The notes below the pieces were generated by a model. It searched no databases. It was not told where the DNA came from and worked only from the letters and a program-made list of their open reading frames with translations. Positions 46,801 to 59,904 of a stretch of DNA of 64,000 nt are shown piece by piece. Source of the DNA: Nemertoderma westbladi (Eukaryota > Animalia > Xenacoelomorpha); contig JAUCBJ010007524.1 in assembly GCA_032718475.1 (NCBI GenBank), positions 62,001 through 126,000 on the forward strand, in the 5' to 3' direction. A program made the translations under genes and the position numbers. Every line of letters begins with the position of its first letter. Position 1 is the first letter of the stretch.

Positions 46801-49499
46801 TTGGTTGGTATCTACTACATCATAGGCTGTATCTTTACGGGGTTGCAGAATCCTATTCACTTCCCCAGTCTACCGCTAGAGGGTGAAATGTCTGAAAGTT
46901 AACATCTTCTCCAACTTTGTTATTTACTAACGGTTTAGACTGAAACTTGGTAGGCATCTACTACAGCATAGGCTGTACCTTTACGGAGTCACAGAGTTGT
47001 ATACAGTCCCCCCATCTGCCGCTAGAGGGCGACATATCTGATAGTGAACACCTCATCCCATTTGGTTCTTTTTAATCCTATTGAGCTGGAACTTGGCAGG
47101 AATCTACTACAGCATATTCTGTATCTTTACGGAGTCCCAGAGTCGTCTACCGCTAGAGGGTGAAATGTCTGAATGTGAACATCTACATCAATTTTGTTAT
47201 TTACAATCTGTTTAAGCTGAAACTTGAAAGGCAGGCATTTTACTTCACCATAAACCCCATCTTTACCAAACTGCAGCGCCGTCTGCATTTCACCAGTCCG
47301 CAGGTAGAGGGTGGATCTGAAAGTGATCATTTTCTGGAAATTTTGTTATTTACAATCTGCCTAAAGTTGAAACTTGACAGTTATCTCTTATGGGGGTGGT
47401 GTTTTATTTAATGATGGTGTCTGTTCTGTATGCAGTTCTCAAATCTCCCACACATATTCATATATCATCTGCACGTGCACTAGAAATCTGTGGCCCGAAG
47501 GGCCACAGGCTTTCTAGTATACTGTATAAATATCCTCTGTCTGTCTGTGAGTCTATGAGTCTGTGAGTCTGTCCAAGCTATACGCTCCGACACACATGCA
47601 CCAATCTGAGCAAATGATACATCAATCGAAAGCTCTCGTCCTGAGCACGTAAACTATCGCTATCTCGGAGCTAATTTTACGCGTTTGCCTGCGTGAATGC
47701 GTATTTTGTGTTCGTTCGGGCGAAATTTATCGAATTATTTCGGTTCTTCTACTGTATCGGTAATTAATTATTTAGAGGGGTAACATTTATCCCATCTGGT
47801 ATAAAATTAACATGAGTAGATTCGCCGTGTCCCATTCTCACAAAGTATATAGTTTATTCGAGTGTTTAATATTAATATGTATGATTATTTATTGATTAAA
47901 AATCAAATAGTGTATAAATATGTCATATTCGACACGCAGGATCGAATGGGGTTCACGACTCAAATTCAAAATCAGATCAATTAGATGCAATAATATCACA
48001 GAAACACAATGGCGTTTACAGAATTCAATAAGATGCTAAAATAGCCGAGATATTTGTGTTTTCAGTTTAAAAATTATTCAAAATATGAAAACGATCTGTG
48101 ATTGGTCGTGACGTCACTATACGCCTCTGAATTCCACTTATATCAACATTCAGATACGTAATACAATCTTTGTATAAATTGGGGCAATTTGTTACTGCAG
48201 GGACTGCTATATTAGTACTATAGTACAGCTGTACCCTGTACAGTGCAGCAGTCACCGGTACAAGCACTGCAGAGTTGTATACTTGCTTATTTATACGGCG
48301 AACGGAGAGTAAACGGGACAACGGCAAGGCACAAGGAGGGGCGAACAGGGGTTCCCGGAACAACGGCAAGGAGGAGCGAATACAGTGAATGGGAGTACCT
48401 GGAGCCGCGAGCCGGAACGCCCATGAGAATGTCCCATTAAGCCTACTACGACAGTACTGACAAAGGAACAAAATGATGTACGTATAGGCCTAGATAGATA
48501 TTATGGCAGGTTCAGGCAAGAGGATAATGACATTGTATCTGTATGGGCCGTATCAGATGTGTACAGTCAAGGAGGAATCGACCAATGGTTAGTGTTAACG
48601 CAGTCATGAAGGTCTGAGGATGAGTGCGTGATTCGACAAAATGCTAACAATGATACCGGAACTAGTGGCGATGTAGTCGCTTATGTATTTCTGCAAAGCG
48701 CTGTTAGAAACGACCGAACGTTGAACGATGTTTGGTTGCCTAACAGAGTTGGTTAAACTATCTTACTAGAAAGCATTCAGCGTAGAGACACGAGATTGCC
48801 ATTCGGGCTCGGCGAGTTATCATATCCCAACCGCTTTAGTTGACTCGGACTGCCCACATTTGAGTATCGATTCCACCGATTGGATTTAGTGCAATTCTAC
48901 CAGTTGCTTAAAAGATTGGATTATAATGTATAGAGAGACTGATTAATACGGAATACACATTTCAGAGTCATTGAATGTGCATGAATTATTTATTCTAACC
49001 GCCCATGTCATGAATACCAGGATTTCATTTTTCGGTCGACTTTTTATTATAATTTTATATATGGAGATTTTTTATTTTTTTTAATGTATCTATACTAAGT
49101 GTTTTATAGCGCTTATTTCTGTCTTATAACCTGTACATATACTAATTCGTTTATTGTTTGATGTAAATAATACACGGTTTCGCGTATACCGACAGTAAGA
49201 AACATATGTTCATTATTTGATTTTATTATTTGATATAACATTATTTGATATATATTGTTTATATATACTGCTATACGACTGTTTTAGTATACCTTCGCTG
49301 CTTCAAGATGCCACCGAAGCAGAAGCAACCAGTGACGAGACAAAGCCCAGCTGGAGCGGCTCCGCGTGGGCACTCTAGCATCAAGGACAAGTCTCGGCGA
49401 TAATAGTCCAATAGGAAAAATAGATCTCTCCAAGCTGCTAAACTGCAACGGATGTTCTGCCCTTTTCACAGATAAAGCCGCCTACAATAACCACGCGCC

Positions 49500-50456
49500 A
49501 TGTGCGACATGTCTACTCCATCGTGCGACGGGGACAAATCCGTGGAGAATTTGTATCCCCACTGCCTGAAGGCAGTGGCGGGCAGAAACTGTCTGGGATG
49601 CGACTGCTGTGGATCCTGGATTCACAGCAAGTGTCTCGGGCTCATCACTTCGGACATACCGATTCTCGGGAAGTCCAAAAACTGCAAGATTGTGTTCAAC
49701 ACTTGCGAGTCACGTGGTGCATTTAAGCAATCAACAAATACGACCAGCTCCAGTTCGGAATCCCTAATAACGGTTATATCCAAACTGGAAGAAGAAATAA
49801 CTAGGGATTTCAGTTCCCTGAAATCCCAGATCGATCTTCTTCGAGAGGAATCCAAGGACTCGGGTGGAGAGGCCTGGTCCCAGGTGCAACAGAAGAAGAA
49901 CAAATCCCGGCCCGCGTCTACTGCGGTCCCAATGACCACGGAGGATGTGGATGGAGAGGTTCAAGAGCAGCGGAAACGTGAGCTCAACATCGTCATTCGA
50001 GGTTTACCGGTATCAACCAATGATTCTAACAAAGGAGAAATCTCTTCTCTGTTGGAGTCAGAGTTCGATCAGAAAGATATGGTATTTTCAGTGGATTCCA
50101 GTCTACTGGAGAGAGATAATAAACCTACGCGTTTCATTGTCCGCCTCTCTAGCATGGATTCCAAGAATAATATCATGGAACAAAAGAAAAAACTCCGGAA
50201 ATCTACTGCGCATACTGGGGTTTATATCGACCATGATCTTACCCGACTACAGGCCGAGCAGCAGTACCATAAACGGGAAGCTGTTCATAACCAACGACAA
50301 CACCGATCAACGAAAAACCCATCTGCCATGTCCCCCTCGCCGTGGACGACAGAGCCCGGGACGCCGGAGCCCCGGACGCCGGATCCTCGGACGACGCCAC
50401 AGAATACAAATAGCGCAACTGTCGATCCGACGTCTTCTTCATTGGGAAATGTTTAA
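49500..50456 (+). CDS. CR1-type LINE ORF1 with PHD finger (5' part frameshifted)
   Basis: CLKAV...CLGCDCCGSWIHSKC PHD, then KRELNIVIRGLP and VYIDHDLT typical of CR1/L2 ORF1. Confidence 0.85.
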   Translation: MCDMSTPSCDGDKSVENLYPHCLKAVAGRNCLGCDCCGSWIHSKCLGLITSDIPILGKSKNCKIVFNTCESRGAFKQSTNTTSSSSESLITVISKLEEEITRDFSSLKSQIDLLREESKDSGGEAWSQVQQKKNKSRPASTAVPMTTEDVDGEVQEQRKRELNIVIRGLPVSTNDSNKGEISSLLESEFDQKDMVFSVDSSLLERDNKPTRFIVRLSSMDSKNNIMEQKKKLRKSTAHTGVYIDHDLTRLQAEQQYHKREAVHNQRQHRSTKNPSAMSPSPWTTEPGTPEPRTPDPRTTPQNTNSATVDPTSSSLGNV

Positions 50457-50479
50457 ACGGAGGGAAACAACCCGACAAG

Positions 50480-51687
50480 GAGCCATTCATCGAATGCTGC
50501 TTAGTGAATGCGCAGTCGCTGAACAATAAACTAACTGACCTCGAGCTCGTCTTACAAACTAATAAATATAGGATCCTGGCTGTCACCGAGTCCTGGCTCA
50601 CAGATACAATCCCAGACAAGATGGTGAGCAACAATGGGCAATATCGTGTCTTCCACAAAGATAGACCCTCTCGTGGTGGTGGAGTTGCCGTCCTTGTCCA
50701 GTCGGACATCAAATGCGTCCAGGTACAACTACCGGCTCGCTTTGTAGATACTGAGGTGGTAGCGATCGATCTAGTTGGAAGCTCCCCCTGTCGGTTTATA
50801 TGTATATATCGATCAGGAACCATCGCGACCATTGAAACTGATAAACTCTTGTCCGAATGCATATCTCTTCTCTGTCAAGTAAATACCCCATGTGTCGTGA
50901 ATGGTGATTTTAATTTACCAGATTTCGATTGGCTTAACTTAACATATCATACATATGCTAACTACGACTTACTAAACCAGTGTTTTCTGGACAGTGGTTT
51001 AACTCAGTTACAATTAAAACCCACCTGCGATAATAACATTCTAGATCTAGTTTTTTCCAGTGAGGATATGTTTGTTTCTAATGTAGATGTTACTGATAAT
51101 TTTAGTACTAGCCTTGCACCTTTAGACCATGCATCTGTAATTTTTAATATTTTATTTAATATTTTACTTCGAATCGTTCTGCATTAATTACGGCTTTTAA
51201 ATCTTATGTGTGTCCCTTATTCGAGTACTGTACGCCTATATGGTCTCCTTTTCATTTAGGTTGTATAGACTTACTTGAGCGGGTACAGAGATATTTTACG
51301 CGTCGCCTTTTTAAACATTGTAATTTGGATTGTACAGTAAGCTATTTGAATCGAATTAACGTATTACAACTTCAACCCCTGGAAGTGCGCCGCATAATTT
51401 TTGACCTCAAGATGAACTTCGCTCTTTCGAACAACGAAGTCGACCTAAACTTCGCTGACTTCTTTACCTTGGCCCCTAGGGGTGGGTTGAGAGGTCACGA
51501 CCGTAAACTGTTTCATAAACAGTCGCGCTTGCAGATGTGCAAAAATAATTTTTCCCATAGAGTGGTGCCCATTTGGAACTCGCTTCCAGGTGAAGTTGTA
51601 AATTGCCGTAATAAACTGTTATTTTCTCTAAGACTCAAAGAAATTAACCTACTTTCTTTTTGTAAGTTTAACCGGAATTTAGTGTAA
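50480..51687 (+). pseudogene. CR1-type LINE ORF2: AP endonuclease joined to the C-terminus, RT deleted
   Basis: NAQSL, VTESWL, GGGV, GDFN, LDLVF and DH motifs, followed directly by PLFEYCTPIWSP..LERVQR..RGH..FSHRVVPIWNSLP. An (AAT)n tail lies at about 52175-52199. Confidence 0.88.
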
Positions 51688-53749
51688 TTATTGTAATTTT
51701 ATTTGTAAATATAATATATGTTTTTATCTGTTCTACTTTATGTTTTTATCATATCTATTATAATTTCTACATACTATTAATTGTTATCAGCCTTCTATAT
51801 CTATATTTGTAATAATGTCATTTGTTCTACTGTACTACTTGGAACTAATGTATACGTTATTAATTTAATATGGCATATAGTTACGTTTTTATAAGATTTG
51901 TAAATTTTTAATAATATGCTGCTCTAATGTACTGTTTATAGTATTTACATACATAATTTCAATATTTTTACTTCATTTCCGTTTAAATTTCCGCTTGATT
52001 TCTCTCTTTAGTATGTACTGTCCGTTTTTATTTTCTTAAGATGCATTGGTCACTAATTTTATTCATTCGTGTTTTTCTGATCTCAATTCAACTATTAGTG
52101 TACCTGGTTTTACCGTAAGTGTACCTTGTTGTTCTTCTCCGGTGTTAACATTTTTATAATATTTCACCGTGTTTTAATAATAATAATAATAATAATAATT
52201 GTTTTGGTTAGATTCAGCCCTTCTGTAACCTGTGTTTTTGGTGAAAACCTTGTATTGTTCACATGGGGATAAACTGAAATATAACGGCAGAAAGTCTGGT
52301 ATTCTTCACATGGGCCATTCTAACCATGGCCATTAATTTAAATTGTTTTCGCAATATTTGTTATTGAAATTATGTGTTCAATGTCTATTGATTGTTATCT
52401 TGTTGATTATTGATATCTATTGATATTGTTGTATAAATTAAAAAAATATATATGTTGATTTTACGTATTCTTTATTTTACTTAACGCGGCCGTCAGGCCG
52501 TTTTGATCTACTGTAAACTGTCGTATGCTATTTTAATGGATGTGTAACTTTAACTTCTTCTTTCTTTTATCCGCGACGCAATCAAATATAACTGTATATC
52601 CGTAGCCTATAGACTTTCGTCTATTAGTGCCCTCCACCCCCTTGCTTCCAAGTCCTACAGTAGATCTACCACTGATGATATGATATCAGACGTTCATGGG
52701 ATTGGGATGGGACCAAGACGTACTATATGCCAAGTATATAATATGCCTTAGATGGGACAGTTGTTTAGTGGGATGTGACTGACTGACGGAAAAATTAAAA
52801 CAAACAAATTTTCGGACTTTAATATTTTTTACTTTCAACACAAAACACAAACATATGTATAAAAAAATATTCAAATTAAAGTCAGGACAATACAGCAATA
52901 ATTAATGTTGGGACATCCTCATGGTAGTTCCGGCCCCGGGTACCTCCCGTTCGCTTGTACACCGACACCGTATTCGCTCCTCATCTGTCCTCGTCATTGT
53001 TCCAGCTCCAGGTGTACAGTACGCCATGTTCGCCATATTCGCTGCTCCTTGCCGTTGTCCCGGCCCTGGGTAGGCGGGTACCTCCCGTTCGCTGTACGCC
53101 GTATTCGCTCCAACTCGTCGTTGTTCCAGCTGTCTGGGTACCCCCTGTTCGCCGTATTCGCTCCTCTTTTCCGTTTCCATTGTCCCGGGTACTTACCGTA
53201 TTCGCTACCAGCTACTCCTTGCCGTTGCCCCAAGTACTCTCCGTTCGCCATATTCGCTAGTTCTTGCCGTTGTCCGGGTACTCTCCGTTCGCCATATAAA
53301 TAAACAAGTATGCAGGTGCTGGAAAGCTTGTCCTTCTACCGGTAACTGCTGCACTGTACTACAGTACTAATCTGCTAATGTAGCAGTAGTACCTGGTGTA
53401 ATAAACTGCCTAATTTGTACTGTAATTTACACAAAGATAGTATTGGGTATCTGAATGTTGATATCAATGGGATTCCGAGGCATATAGTGACGTCACGACC
53501 AATCACAGATCGTTTTCAAATTTTGAATAATTTTTAAATTGAAAACACGAATATCTCGGCTATTTAGCATCTTATTGAATTCTGTAAACGCCATTGTGTT
53601 TCTGTGATATTATTGCATCTAATTAATCTGGTTTTGAATTTGAGTCGTGAACCCCATTGGCCTATTGTTAGTGAATAGGGAAGGATTGTTATCTGTATCA
53701 TAGCAACGTTAGGTAATTATTGAACTCGTAGCTAGCTGGCTGGGCACAG

Positions 53750-55690
53750 GTAAGTACTCCAACAGGAACTGGTTCTATGACACCTAACCGGACATCCTGG
53801 ACTAAACCTGCATTCACAGTGTCCTGCCAATGGATTGGTACATGAATGGGGCAGTAGTGTGCTACTTGCTCAGCTTCAGGATCTACCATTAGCTTCAATG
53901 GGCGCCCATCCATTAAGGGAAGAAGTTGACACACATGCTCACATGTATTAAATGTGCTGGCCTCCCAAGTGATATTGGCTTATCAGAAATTGTTCGAGTT
54001 TCTTTTATTATTTTTTTCAGTTGCAGGATATGGCAATTTCGTGGTGGGTTTATTAGGTCTTTCTCGCCTTGGACATTGGCAATCTATTATGAGGTTGTCA
54101 TGGTTATCATGGCTTACACCGCTTGAAATAACATCCTGTTGATTTGTGTTGTCTTCCATGCTAGCCATTTTATTGGTTTCACCTATTGCAGGAAAATTGC
54201 CAGTTATCATTCCCAGGGTCTCTCTACTGATGAAAAATGTATCAGCATCTTCAGATACATTTGTTATTTGGCGAGTTTCAACCATGTTGCCGAGTTTATC
54301 TGGACCAGTGAGTCGTAAAATTGCAGCACCCGTAATATTGATTGATACCTTTATCATTGGCAGCATGCATATTCATGGAGACTGGTATTAAATATTTTAT
54401 GGTCAAACCGAGTTTGTTTATTAGATTTATGGCAATTAGACAACTTTAGCAGCCTGTGTCTGCCATTGCTAATATAGTAATTTTCTTTGGTGTGGTCGTT
54501 AGAGGAAAACCAAAGTTGATATAATCCTGACTAATGGCAGTTACTGTGAGCTGTATATAAGGTTGAGGTTTGGAGGAGCATTTTAACCAAGTATCAGATA
54601 GGTGATTGTATATATGGTGGCTGAGGACTATCATTTTTGTGGTGTGATCATGTTTAGAAGGGCTGACCTTCATTATAGCGCACAGGGTGTCAAAAACAGC
54701 GCCCTAATGGTTACAATTCTTGGATGATTTATCATTGGCTGCTTTCATTTTGTTTCAATACATCTTCTCAAAGTGATTTTCAAAACCGCTGTGTTGGCAT
54801 TTGTTACCATAGGCAGAGCATTCTTTTCATCTCATCCATGGAGGTGAACTTTTACCATGTCCTTTTTTTCTACAGTATGTACAATCCCATTCATCAATAT
54901 TGTCCTGATGCATACTCTGACTCTGACTGGGTTGATTTCTATTTTGATCCCTCAAATTATTATTTCTACTACAATTCTACTTACTTCTACTGATGCTATG
55001 GGCATCAACACTAGGTTGTGTGGTAAATAACATAGATGCAGATTGCTTCCCAGATTCTATAGCTTCAACAAACTGGAAGACTTGTTCCAGAGACATATCT
55101 TGGTTTTTATTGCCAAGTAAATCGTGTTGAATCTCGTGATCTTCCAGACCTCAACTCAATACATCGCGCATCATAGGTTCTGTATAGTTTACTTCGTTGT
55201 TACAATGTATACACATTATTATAAACTTACATATATTAACTTGGCCAGAAATCTGATCTCCAAATGAATGAACTGGCACCTCCCGGTCCTGTCGCATGTT
55301 GTGTAGGACTGTGGCGACCATCATGAGTTCTTCACGAACTGCAAGTTTTTTCATAACTTCCAGGACCTCTTGTTCTGTTGTATTTGTCATCGTACCGCCA
55401 GCAATGCGAGTCAGATCTTTTATGATTTGCTCGTCGTAGGTTTCCAGGAGTTGAACGACTTTATCAGCCCCAGACAACTTGGTAGCTACTTTGTAGTCGT
55501 TCCATCTGGATATAAAATACGACCATTCTTCGCTGGTTACCGCAGAGGAGATTGTCAGCCATTTCACTATTTCTGCCTTTGCAGTATCAGTACCGTCAGT
55601 TGAGGTACGTTCATGGGATATTGTGTGGGTTGTGATTAAGGCTGCTGCCAAAACGGCTTCGATGTCTGGGGTTTTATAGGTGCATCCCTA
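53750..55690 (-). mobile_element. Decayed Ty3/Gypsy gag-protease-start of pol
   Basis: EEWSYFISRWNDYK (gag), AMADTGC (protease) and PIHVPIHWQDTV..GVIEPVP (start of RT region); many stops and frameshifts. Confidence 0.8.
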
Positions 55691-55699
55691 AATTGGGCA

Positions 55700-56765
55700 T
55701 TTGACGATCGAAATAGGTGCTCTGAATACTCAGACAAATCCTTTTAGTTCTAACAGGATTGTTCATCCATATATATGTCATTCTTGATGTTATCGATGAC
55801 TGCTTTAGGGAAGGTATTGCCTGTTCTGGTCTGCAGGCGTTATGGATGGACTCGAGATAATGCCAAAAGCTTGGATGGTCATCCAATATTCGACGGGATC
55901 CTGACTAAAGTCTCCTTCAGGACACCATAAAAAGCGTAAACTATCCCGATCCCTCTGTAACGCCTTTAGCTGCAGAAACATGCCTTCGAGATCAGAGGCA
56001 AATGCAACAGAATATTGCCATAGTCGCAATAATATCCCCAACATAAAGTGCAGTAAGTTGGGTCCCGGCAATAGTTCTGAGTTCAGGGACTCACCTTTAT
56101 ATAGGGTGGAGCCATCGAAGACTACTCAGACTTCATTGGGTTTACCGGGTTCCAGTTCATTGGGAACTTCCTTACTTACCTTAGCACTAAAGACGTGTTT
56201 TCACCAAAGGGCCTGAACAATACCAACCTACTCTGGTGTGGATGGCATGGTCTGTAATTGCCATAGTTCTGCAGGTCATTTCTCTAATATCTCTAATGCC
56301 TCATGAGCATTTTGTCCTACAAGTAGTTGGACTAAGGGGAAATCTACCTTAAACTGAGGAATCTTATACTTACAAGCAAAGTTGTCCTCATCTCAGTTGT
56401 ATAATTCCGTTTGGCTGGCTGCGAAGTGCTTGCATGCATAAGAGCTCGATAAACCATGGAGTGTATCATATTGCATGAAACATCATCGTCTGTAAACTCA
56501 TCAGTGTAGAAATCTGTAAACTCATTGGTGTAGAAATCTATCATTTCCGAGTTAGTGTCATGTCAGTATTGTACATTACTAAACTGAATGTGTACTTTCC
56601 GGATTCTGAGTTCGTATCACTGTTGGTATGGAGCAAAGAGTGATGTTTAGCTCCACATTTGAAACACTTTGTCTCAGAGTAACAGTTGTGTCGCTGGTGT
56701 CCAGATCTTAGACAGTTGTAACACAGTCTCTTTTCAAATGCGGCCTTCCGTAAGAAGTCAGTCAT
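55700..56765 (-). mobile_element. Decayed BEL/Pao fragments related to the 17-21 kb element
   Basis: KRLCYNCLRSGHQRHNC..CFKCGAKHHSLLHT and FYTDEF closely resemble the first copy; an RT fragment reads PGPNL..SDLEGMFLQ..DRDSLRFLW..FGIISSP. Confidence 0.85.
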
Positions 56766-57149
56766 TCACTATATTCATGGATGGAATGCAATATATATAA
56801 TGGAATGTCTATATAGCATTCCAGGCTGCATCATAAATTGCATCATCATAAAGACCAAAATGTGTTTTCTGTAACCAGTACCATTTTTCAACAAACTGTG
56901 ATCAATGTAGCAATGTAGCATCCATTACAAATTTTACTGTAAAGTCACAAATTACGTTTCTTTTTTTAGGATCTAGTCATGAAGAAAACGTTGTCGTCGA
57001 ATTCACTCATCACAATTTTCACAGTATCATCATTTTGCCATTGACCATAGTGTTTCAACCGAATCTTAAGCAAGGTTGGTTTCTGGAAACTACTACTAGA
57101 ATCGGCATGCTGCATTGCAGCTGCATTTTATATATAAATAGTATATATA

Positions 57150-58140
57150 TATTAAGAATGCTGTGCTAGCTTGTCGACAAAATTGCGCTGCCACAACTCC
57201 CTATCACGCATGACATTTTCTAGATCATCCGCATCTTCAAGTCCAGTGTCCTTTAAGATGCGTCTCAAGAAAGTCATGGGCTGTTCACCATGCTTATTCA
57301 CTCCATGAGGCCGCCAAAGCACAAGATTTTGCACTGGCTGGTCCTCACGGCAAAAGCAATGTCCTGCAAAGTGTAGGTGGCTTTGTTCTAGTGTCAAGCT
57401 TGGGGGAACCATGAGACACCTCCAATGTTATATAGTGTCTGGTTGGAGATGTGTGCATTGTACTTGACACAATGAACCCGGCGTAGCATTCTTGTGAATG
57501 TGCCATCCAGAGATTTGGTGACCTTAGCAGTTAGAGCACAGCATGGATTCCCCTAGAGGAGTACTGGAACTACTGCTGCTCTAAATAATCGGACCTTATG
57601 ATTCCGATGAATTATATGTGACTTCAAAATCCTGGAATGCCCATTCAAGGCTGCCCATGCCTTTCCCGTACGTATTCGAAGGTCCTCACCTGACTTCCGG
57701 ATCCATAATCCCAGGTAACAGAAGTCGTCGACATGCTCAAGCCTACCATCCTTTAAACTTATGGTCATCCAGTCAGAGACTTGCTGAGGACGTTCAAAGT
57801 TATTTGTCAAAATTTTGGACTTAATAAAAAATGTTGGAAGCAGCCTGCTCCATTGATCTGATGAGCCGTTGTGCTCCCTCTAGTGATTCTGAGAGAACTC
57901 CTAAGTCATCCGCAAAGTCTAGATCAGTTAGGTACTTGGCAGGATTTCCTCGACTTCTGGTGCGAGTAGGTGGAGTTACAATCACCCCATCATCAATGTG
58001 ATGATCTAAGGATATGCGTCGAACATAGTCAACCACAATTATGAACAAGGAGGTCTCAAGGGAGGACTCCCCATAATACTTAAAATAGTTCTTCGTCACC
58101 GTCAACAGTAGACACTGTTGTTTCGCGGTACAAGACCATA
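57150..58140 (-). mobile_element. Decayed RTE-like LINE, RT 3' half
   Basis: LFIIVVDY, DLDFADDL, VDDFCYLG, KVRLFRAAVVPVLL, FAGHCF and MRDRELW. Confidence 0.85.
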
Positions 58141-58619
58141 TAAATTAGACCACCATCTGTAAAATGCTCGTGTGAGTTCAGGAGTTGCACAACAGATGTC
58201 AGGATGTGCTGATTCTATATCATGCACTAGGCCTAACGGATTATGGTAGCCTGGAACTAGACCACTACAAAAACTGATGCGACAGAGCGAGGTGCCGTTA
58301 GCCTAACATTTCTCGGAGGCTGGTCCTATAACACTAATGCATTGTTTGGTTGGACATTGACATTACCGGTATTGCATTACAGTGTACATTACTGCATTAT
58401 TACATACGGATTAGTATGGATTGAGAAATTGGATAGCCTATATTTGACGTCAATGGAGGTTTGGTTTGAGAAATTAATACAGTAATATCACGTAGGCCTA
58501 CCTAATCATATCTTTGCGTTAATTATTACTAGATCCACTGGCCCCCAGCCACCTTCAACAAACCATCATTGCGGAGGGGCACTCAGCTAAGGGGGCGGAG
58601 CGCATTAAAAACTCTAAGT

Positions 58620-58861
58620 ATCACGACCTAATGGACCGGGGCCATTTATTTCACCCCGTGGCCTTTGAGACCTTTGGCCGCCCTGGTCCAGAGACATCCA
58701 CCTTCCTCCGGGAGATCGGGGCTCGTCTCCACAGTGCCACCCACGAACCGCGGTCACACCAGTTTCTGCTCCAACGCCTGGAGATGGAAATTTTGGTTGG
58801 TAATGCAGCATCAGTCATGGGGACAGCAACCACGCCGACCATCGGTCTATTCAGGGACTGA
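58620..58861 (+). mobile_element. CRE-type non-LTR retrotransposon 3' fragment
   Basis: FHPVAFETFGRPG...FLLQRLEMEILVGNAASVMGT. Confidence 0.75.
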
Positions 58862-59904
58862 AGAGCCGAAACCAATCGAAATGGTTGCCAATGGAGTCAC
58901 CAACGGGATGATGGCCGAAGATATTCAATACTCTATCTTATGCAATCTCAAATATTCAATGTTCGATCCCTAGATGGGGCACTGGGGCAGTACTGTTTGG
59001 GCACAGTGCTTTAAATGCTGCAGCCTAGCCCAACCCCGGCTTTCATCCTTCAGTGGTCGATTGGGAACCAAGGCAACTTGGGAAACAGAGTGGAAGGGTT
59101 TGCTGTGGAATATCACCCATGGTGGTGAACAGGCATTCCTTGGCTTAACGAGCCTAAAAGATTCTCCCATTCAAATATTCAATTCGGTACTGTACCTTCA
59201 ATTAAATATTCAATCTTAGTATTATTTCTGTGCTTCGTTATTTAATAATGTGATTAGATAAAAAAAATAAATTAATGAAATATAATTCATCTGTTAATTA
59301 TTACAAAAAAAAAATCCAACATTATATTAACATTTATATAGTTTTGAATTAAATGTTTCGAAATCAACAGTCATTCAATGAACTTATACAGCAGTGTCAT
59401 ATATCGCGTATCCCTTGGCTGCTTGGTTTAATCACTATTCTTTATTCAAGTATAACTGAATCCTGGCCCGGCGCCTTCACCCTCCACTGATAATTTAAAA
59501 TCGTAACATAACAATAATCTTTAACTAAAATATACCAAACTTGGTAAACATGTAATCTTGTCTATCGGCTAAAATAAACACAACTTGCAAAAGTTTTCCC
59601 CTATAATGTTTTTTCCTATAGAACAGGATGCAGTTTTATTTTAGTAGTAAACAAGCTGTTATTTGCGTCGATTTTCACCTGGAGAGGGAAGAATATTGAT
59701 TGCCCCCCCCCCCCCCCCCCCTGCAGTTAAGTAAGTGAAAATATTTCGGCACCATTTAATTTTATTATCACGGTCGCGCATCAAGTAGTCTGTCAAAAGA
59801 TACAATTCATTATAAACATAACAAAATTAATTATAATAATTCAAAAATATAAGGCAGATCTTCCTAAAGTTAGCTCTTTAGTCTTTAGCAATCTTATACA
59901 TTTA

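Larger units (their letters stand above)
25140..47330 (+). repeat. ~146-bp satellite blocks inside each Helitron unit, most monomers with CCGCTAG(A/G)GGG(C/T)G
   Basis: Motif starts at 25159, 25305, 25451, 25597, 25743, 25890 and 26036 (146-147 bp spacing); a second subfamily has starts at 41319, 41466, 41612, 41759 and 41906. Roughly 9-14 monomers per unit. Confidence 0.95.
47948..53655. mobile_element. Non-autonomous long-TIR DNA transposon with AT target duplication (ISL2EU/PHIS-like)
   Basis: Ends GGGGTTCACGACTCAAATTCAAAA / TTTTGAATTTGAGTCGTGAACCCC; inverted similarity extends about 450 bp or more. The empty site gatcgaATtggcc becomes gatcgaAT-element-ATtggcc. No transposase seen. Confidence 0.85.
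24347..53749 (+). mobile_element. Tandem array of ten non-autonomous Helitron units
   Basis: Units start TCTA(T/A)ATATATA followed by a (TGTC)n microsatellite and end with the hairpin GTGGCCC-GAA-GGGCCAC and CTAG. Units: 24347-27654, 27655-29366, 29369-31746, 31747-34387, 34388-38230, 38233-40746, 40747-43072, 43073-45307, 45308-47517, and a truncated, interrupted tenth (~47518-53749). No Rep/helicase ORF. Confidence 0.93.

Noticed and set aside
25678-47411. Many similar short ORFs (MPTKFQSKR..., MITFRSTLY..., MKCLN...)
   Set aside because: Translations of the satellite and Helitron 3' region; the frames are broken by frequent indels.
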